Positions 7,752 to 14,302 of a stretch of 14,302 bases of DNA are shown here, piece after piece. The stretch's first letter is position 1; each line of letters opens with the position of its first letter. Source of the DNA: Fidelibacterota bacterium (GTDB lineage: Bacteria > Fidelibacterota > Marinisomatia > Marinisomatales > UBA2128); NCBI GenBank assembly GCA_046861645.1, contig JBHHUM010000054.1, forward strand, positions 1-14,302, read 5' to 3'. Both the position numbers and the translations under genes were made by a program. Under the pieces are notes generated by a model. That model was given only the letters and a program-made list of their open reading frames with translations, made no database searches and was not told the origin of the DNA.

Positions 7752-8294
7752 CTATTTAACCCCACCAATGGTTTTACCTTTCTTCATGCGGATATATTCA
7801 CCCATATAACGTACTCCTTTTCCTTTGTAGGGCTCCGGAGGACGAAAGGATCTAATTTTTGCTGCAACCTGCCCTACTAACTGTTTATCAATTCCTGATA
7901 CTTTAATTGTATTCCGAGCTGCAGTAATGTGAATTTCCTCAGGTGCTTCAAAATAGATATCATGTGAAAAACCCAAAGAGAGTCTAAGTCTTTCATCTTC
8001 CATATTGGCCCTGAATCCTACTCCTTGAATGGATAACTCTTTGCTGAATCCATCCGAGACTCCGGTGACCATATTCTGAATTAGAGCCCGTGAAGTGCCA
8101 TGTAGCGCCCGGTGAGTTTTACTATTAGAAGGTCGTTTCACTAAAATTGAACTGTTTTCTTTGATGACCTCAATATCAGGGTGAATATCGAGCTCTAAGG
8201 TTCCTTTAGAACCTGATATACTGATATGATTACCCTTTAAAGTAACATTTACTCCCTCAGGAATCTGGACTGGTTTCTTTCCAACTCTAGACAT
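7752..8294 (-). CDS. rplF: 50S ribosomal protein L6
   Basis: MSRVGKKPV, NMVTGVS, RPPEPYKGKGVRY. Confidence 0.98.
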   Translation of the reverse strand: MSRVGKKPVQIPEGVNVTLKGNHISISGSKGTLELDIHPDIEVIKENSSILVKRPSNSKTHRALHGTSRALIQNMVTGVSDGFSKELSIQGVGFRANMEDERLRLSLGFSHDIYFEAPEEIHITAARNTIKVSGIDKQLVGQVAAKIRSFRPPEPYKGKGVRYMGEYIRMKKGKTIGGVK

Positions 8295-8303
8295 TTATTA
8301 ATC

Positions 8304-8702
8304 CTACCAAACGTTGCATAATATTTCACCGCCTACATTCAACTTCCGAGCGACTTTATCAGATATCACACCTTTTGATGTCGTCAAAATGGCAATACCC
8401 AGACCATCTAAGACTTTGGGTATATCTCCTGCTTTAGCATATACTCTTCTACCGGGTTTGCTCACCCGATTGATGGAACTGATAACCGGCTCACCTTCGG
8501 TTCCATATTTCAAGAAAGCTCGCAAACGTCCCCCCTTATCATCATTCACAATAATAAAGTCACGGATGTAATGTTCTTCCTTAAGAATGAACAGTATCCT
8601 CTTTTTCAAATGTGAGAGAGGAATATCAACAAAACGGTGATTTGCATTTTGTGCATTCCTGATTCTCGTTAAAAGGTCAGCTACTGGATCTGTCATGGTC
8701 AC
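8304..8702 (-). CDS. rpsH: 30S ribosomal protein S8
   Basis: TDPVADLLTRIRNA, RVSKPGRRVY, GLGIAILTTSKG, GGEILCNVW; GTG start at 8702 with AGGAGG upstream (alternative ATG at 8696). Confidence 0.97.
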   Translation of the reverse strand: MTMTDPVADLLTRIRNAQNANHRFVDIPLSHLKKRILFILKEEHYIRDFIIVNDDKGGRLRAFLKYGTEGEPVISSINRVSKPGRRVYAKAGDIPKVLDGLGIAILTTSKGVISDKVARKLNVGGEILCNVW

Positions 8703-8722
8703 TTCAGTATTTTCCTCCTTAC

Positions 8723-8908
8723 TTACCAGCTTGCTTTTGTAACACCAGGAATCTCACCTTTTAATGCCATCTCACGGAAACAGAGACGGCAAATACCAAA
8801 TCTTCTCAGATACCCCCTCGGACGGCCACAATTAGAACAACGATGATATTTTCGAGTACTGAATTTGGCCTTACGCTTTGCCTTTGCAATAAGAGATTTC
8901 TTCGCCAT
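8723..8908 (-). CDS. rpsN: 30S ribosomal protein S14, short Zn-binding (type Z) form
   Basis: 61 aa from ATG 8908 (TGATG overlap with rplE); RCSNCGRPR...ICRLCFRE...[11 protein letters not shown] with two CxxC motifs. Confidence 0.97.
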   Translation of the reverse strand: MAKKSLIAKAKRKAKFSTRKYHRCSNCGRPRGYLRRFGICRLCFREMALKGEIPGVTKASW

Positions 8909-9804
8909 CACACTTCCTCAGCTATTTGTGAAACTTCCTGAGATAAGGATACATTTTCTTCTTGACTACTACTATTCTCACTTTTTTCCCGTTCGAATCG
9001 GTTATCAAGTCGAAAGGGGAAACCAAGAGATTTCAACAACTCATAACCCTCCCGGTCCGTTTTAGCAGTGGTTACAATTGTGATGTCCATACCTCTAATC
9101 TTGTCAATTCTATCGTAGTCTATTTCTGGGAAAATAATATGTTCCTCGATACCCATACTATAGTTCCCTCGACCATCAAACGATCTCGCTAAAAGTCCTC
9201 GAAAGTCGCGAGCTCTTGGCAGAGCAATTGATATCAAGCGCTCGAGAAACTCATACATTTTCCAACGTCGCAAAGTAACCCGGCAACCGACAGGATCTCC
9301 AATTCTCAGCTTGAAATTGGAAATCGCCTTTCTAGCTCGAGTAGTTACTGCCTTCTGTCCTGTAATGACTGCCATATCTTCGGCTGCTTTTTCCAAAGAA
9401 CCCGATTCATCTCTTGCTCGGCCTATACCGACATTTAGAGAAATCTTACTGAGTCTAGGTACCTCCAAAGAATTTTTATATCCCATATTCTTCATCAATG
9501 TTGGTACAACTTTATCATGATAGAATAGCAGTAAAGAAGGTTGGTATTCCACTGTCTTAGAGGTCATAACTTTCTTTGTTCTAGACTTCTTGGCAGGAGT
9601 AGATTTTTTCACAGCTTTTGCTTTGGTTGATTTACTTTTCTCAAATGTCTGTTTTTTTGTCGAGCTCTTGTTCACGGCAGATGTACTCTTTGTTTTTGCT
9701 TTTTTTGCCGTACTTTTCTTAACCTCAGACCTTTTCACTGATGTCTTTTTTACTGCTTTAGAGGCAATAGTTTGGGTTTTTTTATTTTTCTCTTCCTTTA
9801 CCAC
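8908..9804 (-). CDS. rplE: 50S ribosomal protein L5 with long basic N-terminal and acidic C-terminal extensions
   Basis: L5 core [64 protein letters not shown] start 9804 with AGGAG 5 nt upstream. Confidence 0.95.
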   Translation of the reverse strand: MVKEEKNKKTQTIASKAVKKTSVKRSEVKKSTAKKAKTKSTSAVNKSSTKKQTFEKSKSTKAKAVKKSTPAKKSRTKKVMTSKTVEYQPSLLLFYHDKVVPTLMKNMGYKNSLEVPRLSKISLNVGIGRARDESGSLEKAAEDMAVITGQKAVTTRARKAISNFKLRIGDPVGCRVTLRRWKMYEFLERLISIALPRARDFRGLLARSFDGRGNYSMGIEEHIIFPEIDYDRIDKIRGMDITIVTTAKTDREGYELLKSLGFPFRLDNRFEREKSENSSSQEENVSLSQEVSQIAEEV

Positions 9805-9809
9805 ATTAA

Positions 9810-9814
9810 CTCCT
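9810..9814 (-). promoter_or_regulatory. Shine-Dalgarno site for the extended rplE start
   Basis: Minus strand ...TCT-TAG-GAG-TTAAT-GTG: AGGAG overlaps the rplX TAG stop and lies 5 nt before GTG 9804. Confidence 0.7.
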
Positions 9815-10121
9815 AAGAATCAATATCATCCCCTGTTCTACGAGAAACTCTTATTTTTCGACCAGTATCAAGAAAACGATGCCCAATCCGGGTTGGCTTT
9901 CCAGCTGAAACTACCGCCAGATTAGAGATGTGAATTGATGCTTCCTTTTCTATGATTCCACCCTGAGGATTCTGTTGAGAAGGACGGCTATGTCGTTTAA
10001 CAAAATTCACACTTTCCACAATAGCTCTTTTCCGTTTAGGAATGACATGCAAAACTTTCCCTGTTTTCCCTCTATAAGCACCAGATAAAACCATAACGGT
10101 ATCGCCCTTTTTAATATGCAT
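9813..10121 (-). CDS. rplX: 50S ribosomal protein L24
   Basis: Start corrected to ATG 10121 (MHIKKGDTVMVLSG, KOW motif); GGIIEKEASIHISN. Confidence 0.97.
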   Translation of the reverse strand: MHIKKGDTVMVLSGAYRGKTGKVLHVIPKRKRAIVESVNFVKRHSRPSQQNPQGGIIEKEASIHISNLAVVSAGKPTRIGHRFLDTGRKIRVSRRTGDDIDS

Positions 10122-10122
10122 C

Positions 10123-10491
10123 CTAAATAACCTCCGGCGCCAGCGAAACAATTTTCATAAACCCACTTTCACGCAACTCCCTGGCTACAGGTCCAAAAAT
10201 ACGAGTTCCTCTTGGTTCCAGAGAATTATCTAACAAAACGGCTGCATTATCATCAAACCGAACGTAGGAACCATCTTTTCGGCGAATCTCCTTCCGGGTT
10301 CTAACCACAACTGCCTTGGATATTTCCCCCTTTTTTACTAATCCACCGGGTATCGCCTGTTTAACCGTCACTACAACAATATCCCCCACCCGAGCATAAC
10401 GTTTCCTGGTACCTCCAAGGATTTTGAAAGCAAGCACTTCCTTTGCGCCAGTGTTGTCCGCTACCTTCAGCCTTGTTTCCTGTTGGATCAT
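10123..10491 (-). CDS. rplN: 50S ribosomal protein L14
   Basis: [45 protein letters not shown]. Confidence 0.99.
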   Translation of the reverse strand: MIQQETRLKVADNTGAKEVLAFKILGGTRKRYARVGDIVVVTVKQAIPGGLVKKGEISKAVVVRTRKEIRRKDGSYVRFDDNAAVLLDNSLEPRGTRIFGPVARELRESGFMKIVSLAPEVI

Positions 10492-10517
10492 GATGCTGCC
10501 TCAATTCAACTATTATT

Positions 10518-10781
10518 TTACTCTGCTTTACCCTTTTCAACTAACTCAGTCACCCGCCACCGTTTGGTCTTACTGATAGGACGTGAAGCAATAATCTTGA
10601 CTTTGTCACCCACTCCATATTGTCCCTTTTCATCATGAGCCATGTATTTCTTTTTCCTGACCAAATATTTTTTATAAATAGGATGTTTTACCTTACGTGA
10701 CACTTCTACAACAACCGTTTTAGTACCGGAGTTACGGATCACTTTTCCCATTAAAATCTGTTTTCTGCCCCGGTCACTCAT
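10518..10781 (-). CDS. rpsQ: 30S ribosomal protein S17
   Basis: KTVVVEV, HPIYKK, KYMAHDE, GDKVKI..SRPISKTKRW. Confidence 0.97.
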   Translation of the reverse strand: MSDRGRKQILMGKVIRNSGTKTVVVEVSRKVKHPIYKKYLVRKKKYMAHDEKGQYGVGDKVKIIASRPISKTKRWRVTELVEKGKAE

Positions 10782-10782
10782 T

Positions 10783-11004
10783 TCAATTCTCCTCGTTATT
10801 CGATACTCCTCTTAAACCTAACTCATATTCCCTAAGGGCAGTTTTAACCTGAGCAATTTCCCGGCGTAAATGTCGAATGCGAAGAGGATTTTCTAACTGT
10901 TGTAAAGCCTTCTGGAAACGGAGATTTTCTAATTCTTCTAAATTATCCGAAAGCTTTGACTTCAACTCTGCTTTGGACATTTCTCTTAATTCTTCACGTC
11001 TCAT
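10783..11004 (-). CDS. rpmC: 50S ribosomal protein L29
   Basis: Start corrected to ATG 11004 (MRREELREMS), GGAG 6 nt upstream; LRFQKALQQLENPLRIRHLRREIAQVKT. Confidence 0.95.
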   Translation of the reverse strand: MRREELREMSKAELKSKLSDNLEELENLRFQKALQQLENPLRIRHLRREIAQVKTALREYELGLRGVSNNEEN

Positions 11005-11017
11005 CACTTTCTCCAGC

Positions 11018-11437
11018 TTAACCGGCCTGCTCTCGCCGCTCAGCCAATTTCGTTTTAATGGGAAGTTTAAAGCCTGCCATGCGGAAAGCCTCAGCAGCCA
11101 ATTCCTTGGATACTCCTTCCACTTCAAACATGATTTTTCCAGGTTTTACTACTGCTACCCACTGATCAGGGGCACCTTTACCCTTACCCATACGAACTTC
11201 AGCAGGTTTTTTAGTGATGGGTTTATCTGGGAAAATTCTGATCCACATACGACCATGTTTTCTAATTTTACGAATGATAGCTACTCGACAGGATTCTATC
11301 TGCCGAGCGGTAATCCAACCCGGTTCCAGAGCCTTCAGCCCGTAGCTTCCAAATGCGACATGACTCCCCCGGGTTGCCATTCCACGACGACGACCCCGAT
11401 GTACCCTTCTCCACTTAACTTTTCGCGGCTCTAACAT
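11018..11437 (-). CDS. rplP: 50S ribosomal protein L16
   Basis: [35 protein letters not shown]. Confidence 0.98.
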   Translation of the reverse strand: MLEPRKVKWRRVHRGRRRGMATRGSHVAFGSYGLKALEPGWITARQIESCRVAIIRKIRKHGRMWIRIFPDKPITKKPAEVRMGKGKGAPDQWVAVVKPGKIMFEVEGVSKELAAEAFRMAGFKLPIKTKLAERREQAG

Positions 11438-12063
11438 TAGGTACTGATCTCCCCACTATAAATCCAAACCTTTATGCCAATAGTACCATAAGTTGTTCTC
11501 GCTTCGGTTATAGCGAAGTCGATATCGGACCGGAGGGTATGCAGCGGGACTTTGCCTTCCCTAAATGTTTCCGATCGGGCTATTTCAGCGCCTCCCAATC
11601 TTCCCGCAACTCTAATTCTAATACCTTCAGCACCCATCCTAATTGTGGATTGAATAGCCTTTTTTACTGCTCGACGATAGGATATTTTCCTGACTAACTG
11701 ATGAGCAATACTTTCCCCCACCAATTTTGCATCTAATTCAGGTCGTTTGATTTCTAATATATTCACTTGCACTTTCTGACCGGTCAGTCTAGTCAATTCT
11801 TCTTTCAAACGATCAACTTCTTCCCCACCTTTTCCAATTACAATTCCCGGGCGAGCTGTATTAATTGAAATCACTAAATTCTTAGTAGTCCGGTCAATGT
11901 CAACCCTTGAAACACCTGCATTAGGTAATCTTTTTTCAATGTACTTACGGACTCGGATATCCTCGGCCATAAACTCAGGAAACTCCTTAGTCGCAAACCA
12001 GTTGGAACTCCATGGTTTATTGATTCCTAACCTGAATCCTATCGGATGTGTTTTCTGTCCCAC
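11437..12063 (-). CDS. rpsC: 30S ribosomal protein S3
   Basis: [24 protein letters not shown] (KH domain), [24 protein letters not shown] start with GAGG upstream. Confidence 0.98.
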   Translation of the reverse strand: MGQKTHPIGFRLGINKPWSSNWFATKEFPEFMAEDIRVRKYIEKRLPNAGVSRVDIDRTTKNLVISINTARPGIVIGKGGEEVDRLKEELTRLTGQKVQVNILEIKRPELDAKLVGESIAHQLVRKISYRRAVKKAIQSTIRMGAEGIRIRVAGRLGGAEIARSETFREGKVPLHTLRSDIDFAITEARTTYGTIGIKVWIYSGEIST

Positions 12064-12074
12064 ACGTACCTCAC

Positions 12075-12422
12075 TTAAGATCTTTTATCTGACAAAACAA
12101 TCGTCAGGTGACTTGATCTTTTACGAATTCTCTTAACACGGCCCATGGCGCCGGCACGAAAACGACGCATGGTAGGTCCTTCATCAACAAAAGCCTCCTT
12201 AACCAATAGAATTTCAGGATCAGCCGTTTTTCCTTCTTCGGTCTGCAAGTAATTAGCCACTGCGGAATGGATGGTGTTTTCGATAACTTTAGAGGCTTTT
12301 TGCGGAGAAAAATGCAAAACATTCAAAGCGTTACCTACACTTTCCCCCCGCACTAAATCAAGCATCTTTCTCACTTTCGAAGCTGATTGTCTTATGTAAC
12401 GTGCTTTAGCTATTGATTCCAT
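12075..12422 (-). CDS. rplV: 50S ribosomal protein L22
   Basis: Start corrected to ATG 12422 (MESIAKARYIRQS); SAVAN, VDEGPT, RKRSSHLTIVL. Confidence 0.96.
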   Translation of the reverse strand: MESIAKARYIRQSASKVRKMLDLVRGESVGNALNVLHFSPQKASKVIENTIHSAVANYLQTEEGKTADPEILLVKEAFVDEGPTMRRFRAGAMGRVKRIRKRSSHLTIVLSDKRS

Positions 12423-12429
12423 GGCTTTA

Positions 12430-12696
12430 TTATTTCCTGTCTCCAGAATGCAATCGGAAAGTTCTGGTAGGTGAAAATTCACCTAGTGTATGTCCGACCA
12501 TATTCTCTGAGATGAAAACGGGAATAAACTGTCTGCCATTATGAACAGCAATAGTATGCCCCACAAACTCAGGAGCGATTATACTACGTCTTGCCCAGGT
12601 TTTGATAACAGTCTTTTTCTTTCCCTTTTTCATAGAATTAATCTTTTTCAGAAGTTTTTCATCCACATAAGGTCCTTTTTTGACAGAACGACCCAT
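12430..12696 (-). CDS. rpsS: 30S ribosomal protein S19
   Basis: [32 protein letters not shown]. Confidence 0.98.
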   Translation of the reverse strand: MGRSVKKGPYVDEKLLKKINSMKKGKKKTVIKTWARRSIIAPEFVGHTIAVHNGRQFIPVFISENMVGHTLGEFSPTRTFRLHSGDRK

Positions 12697-13523
12697 TACT
12701 TCTTCCTCCTCTTCACAATATAGCGACTGGAAGATTTATTCTTTTTCCGAGTCCGAAATCCTTTTGAAGGAATACCAGTAGGAGAACATGGATGTCTACC
12801 TCCGGAAGATTTACCTTCTCCACCTCCCATAGGATGATCCACAGGATTCATCGCTACACCACGTACTTTGGGTCGACGACCCTTCCAGCGATTCCGCCCC
12901 GCTTTTCCCAATTGAATGGTTTCATGACTCTTGTTTCCAACTTCTCCAATTGTAGCAAAACAGTTCTCTCTGACTAATCTAATCTCTTTGGAAGGAAGCT
13001 TTAATGTCACCAAACCGGCATCTTTGGCCATTATCTGAGCTCCAGTTCCTGCACTTCTGACCATCTGCCCCCCCCGGCCTGGAACAAGCTCGATATTATG
13101 CACCATATGACCAGAAGGAATGTTTTTCAAGGGAAGACTGTTTCCTATCCGAAGGGGAACCCGATTTCCAGATAAAACTATATCTCCCACTTTAAGTCCA
13201 AAAGGTGCTAGAATATAGCGCTTCTCACCATCAGTATAATGTAACAGTGCTATCCGAGCGGATCGATTAGGGTCGTATTCAATAGCAGCCACTTTAGCCG
13301 GTATGTCAAATTTGTCTCGCTTGAAATCAACTAAGCGATATTTCCGTTTATGACCACCACCCCGGCGACGGGAAGTAATCCGACCATGATTGTTCCTTCC
13401 ACCGGATTTGTGCAGTGCACGCGTCAAGCTTTTTTCTGGTCTGGATTTAGTAATCTCAGTAAATGTAGAGATCGTTTTACCTCGTTGACCGGGTGTTATT
13501 GGTTTGATTGCTTTAACGGGCAT
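12696..13523 (-). CDS. rplB: 50S ribosomal protein L2
   Basis: [41 protein letters not shown]. Confidence 0.99.
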   Translation of the reverse strand: MPVKAIKPITPGQRGKTISTFTEITKSRPEKSLTRALHKSGGRNNHGRITSRRRGGGHKRKYRLVDFKRDKFDIPAKVAAIEYDPNRSARIALLHYTDGEKRYILAPFGLKVGDIVLSGNRVPLRIGNSLPLKNIPSGHMVHNIELVPGRGGQMVRSAGTGAQIMAKDAGLVTLKLPSKEIRLVRENCFATIGEVGNKSHETIQLGKAGRNRWKGRRPKVRGVAMNPVDHPMGGGEGKSSGGRHPCSPTGIPSKGFRTRKKNKSSSRYIVKRRKK

Positions 13524-13846
13524 CAGCTTTCAGCCTCCATACCAAACAAATCAATACTGTATCCTTCCTGTAAGGTGACTATTGCTTTCTTCCAATCTGA
13601 ACGTCGGCCAGAAGTTCTGATAGGTCGGCCGCCACTTCGCATAGTCATCTGCTTACTCTTTCCCCTCATATTCATGGTGGAAACATTTGTCACCTTAACA
13701 TCAAATTTTTTTTCAATAGCCTGTTTAACTTCAATTTTGTTTGCAAAAGAATTAACCTGAAAAGCGTATTTCCTTTGGGACTCTTCTAAGTGGCTCATTT
13801 TCTCAGTAAGCAAAGGTCGTATGATTACCTGTTTATCTTTCACCAT
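13523..13846 (-). CDS. rplW: 50S ribosomal protein L23
   Basis: [33 protein letters not shown]. Confidence 0.97.
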   Translation of the reverse strand: MVKDKQVIIRPLLTEKMSHLEESQRKYAFQVNSFANKIEVKQAIEKKFDVKVTNVSTMNMRGKSKQMTMRSGGRPIRTSGRRSDWKKAIVTLQEGYSIDLFGMEAES

Positions 13847-13847
13847 T

Positions 13848-14302
13848 TTAAGAAACCCCTAACTGCGTATTCAGTTTTTCCAGACCTTCTTTATCGAATA
13901 GAAGAACCTCGCAATCCAAAAGATCATAAGTAGAAGCTTTAACAGCCTGTACGATGAATACATTAGGTAGATTACGAGCAGCAAGGAGGACATTTTCATC
14001 CAATTCCGCGGGTAGATAAGTTATCTTTTTGTCCTTAATTCCCAACTTATCCAACAATTCCACGAATTTTTTAGTTTTTGCTTCTTCCAATGTTATACTG
14101 TCGATGACCATGATAGCTTCATCGGAAATTCTTTGAGATAGCACACTCTTCCGTGCCAATTTTTTCATCTTTTTAGGAAGTTTCTTTTCATAGTTTTTGG
14201 GTTTAGGGCCAAACGTCACACCCCCTCCTCTCCATATTGGAGAACGAGTAGACCCTGCTCGAGCTACACCACGACCTTTTTGACGCCATGGTTTCCTACC
14301 AC
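13848..14302 (-). CDS. rplD: 50S ribosomal protein L4, 5'-truncated by the window edge
   Basis: The frame stays open upstream of 14219 to the window end: GRKPWRQKGRGVARAGSTRSPIWRGGGVTFGPKP...; C-terminal LAARNLPNV. Confidence 0.97.
   Translation of the reverse strand, partial: GRKPWRQKGRGVARAGSTRSPIWRGGGVTFGPKPKNYEKKLPKKMKKLARKSVLSQRISDEAIMVIDSITLEEAKTKKFVELLDKLGIKDKKITYLPAELDENVLLAARNLPNVFIVQAVKASTYDLLDCEVLLFDKEGLEKLNTQLGVS

Noticed and set aside
9550..9804. L5 arm as a tandem DNA repeat, CRISPR array or inserted mobile element
   Set aside because: The repeats are degenerate and visible mainly at protein level; I see no fixed-length repeat-spacer pattern, terminal repeats or target-site duplication.
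9590..9925. Very hydrophobic Phe-rich plus-strand ORF resembling a membrane protein
   Set aside because: It is the reverse complement of the Lys-rich L5 arm (AAA read as TTT), a compositional shadow.
3215..12482. Apparent N-terminal extensions of S4, Map, L24, L29 and L22 in the ORF track
   Set aside because: These are longest-ORF artefacts overlapping the upstream genes; canonical downstream ATGs exist at 3214, 4897, 10121, 11004 and 12422.
3693..13760. Remaining plus-strand ORFs (e.g. 3925-4287, 4580-5011, 6869-7228, 10877-11434, 13350-13760) and alternative-frame minus ORFs (5207-5401, 5960-6148, 12104-12322)
   Set aside because: All overlap conserved ribosomal, secY or map genes and show no protein motifs.

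Overview
The window is almost entirely the bacterial S10-spc-alpha ribosomal protein cluster on the minus strand: rplD(partial)-rplW-rplB-rpsS-rplV-rpsC-rplP-rpmC-rpsQ-rplN-rplX-rplE-rpsN(Zn type)-rpsH-rplF-rplR-rpsE-rpmD-rplO-secY-map-rpmJ-rpsM-rpsK-rpsD-rpoA-rplQ. It is followed by an intrinsic-terminator-like hairpin and a GHL10/DUF187-type glycoside hydrolase that runs off the left edge. The ORF track misses both rpmJ and this hydrolase. Gene order (secY-map with no adk), a Cys-less S4 and a long L23 loop suggest an FCB-group organism, possibly Marinimicrobia-like; this is inference only. I see no mobile element, CRISPR array, RNA gene or clearly new multi-gene system. The most unusual points are: (1) L5 has an ~85-aa histone-like basic N-terminal arm and an acidic C-terminal tail; (2) the operon terminator also encodes the probable signal peptide of the downstream hydrolase, which is in frame with rplQ; (3) infA is missing between map and rpmJ, with a possible few-codon relic; (4) there are substitutions in normally conserved motifs of RpoA, S5 and the exit-tunnel proteins. 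All comparisons to reference proteins are from memory, not from alignments.
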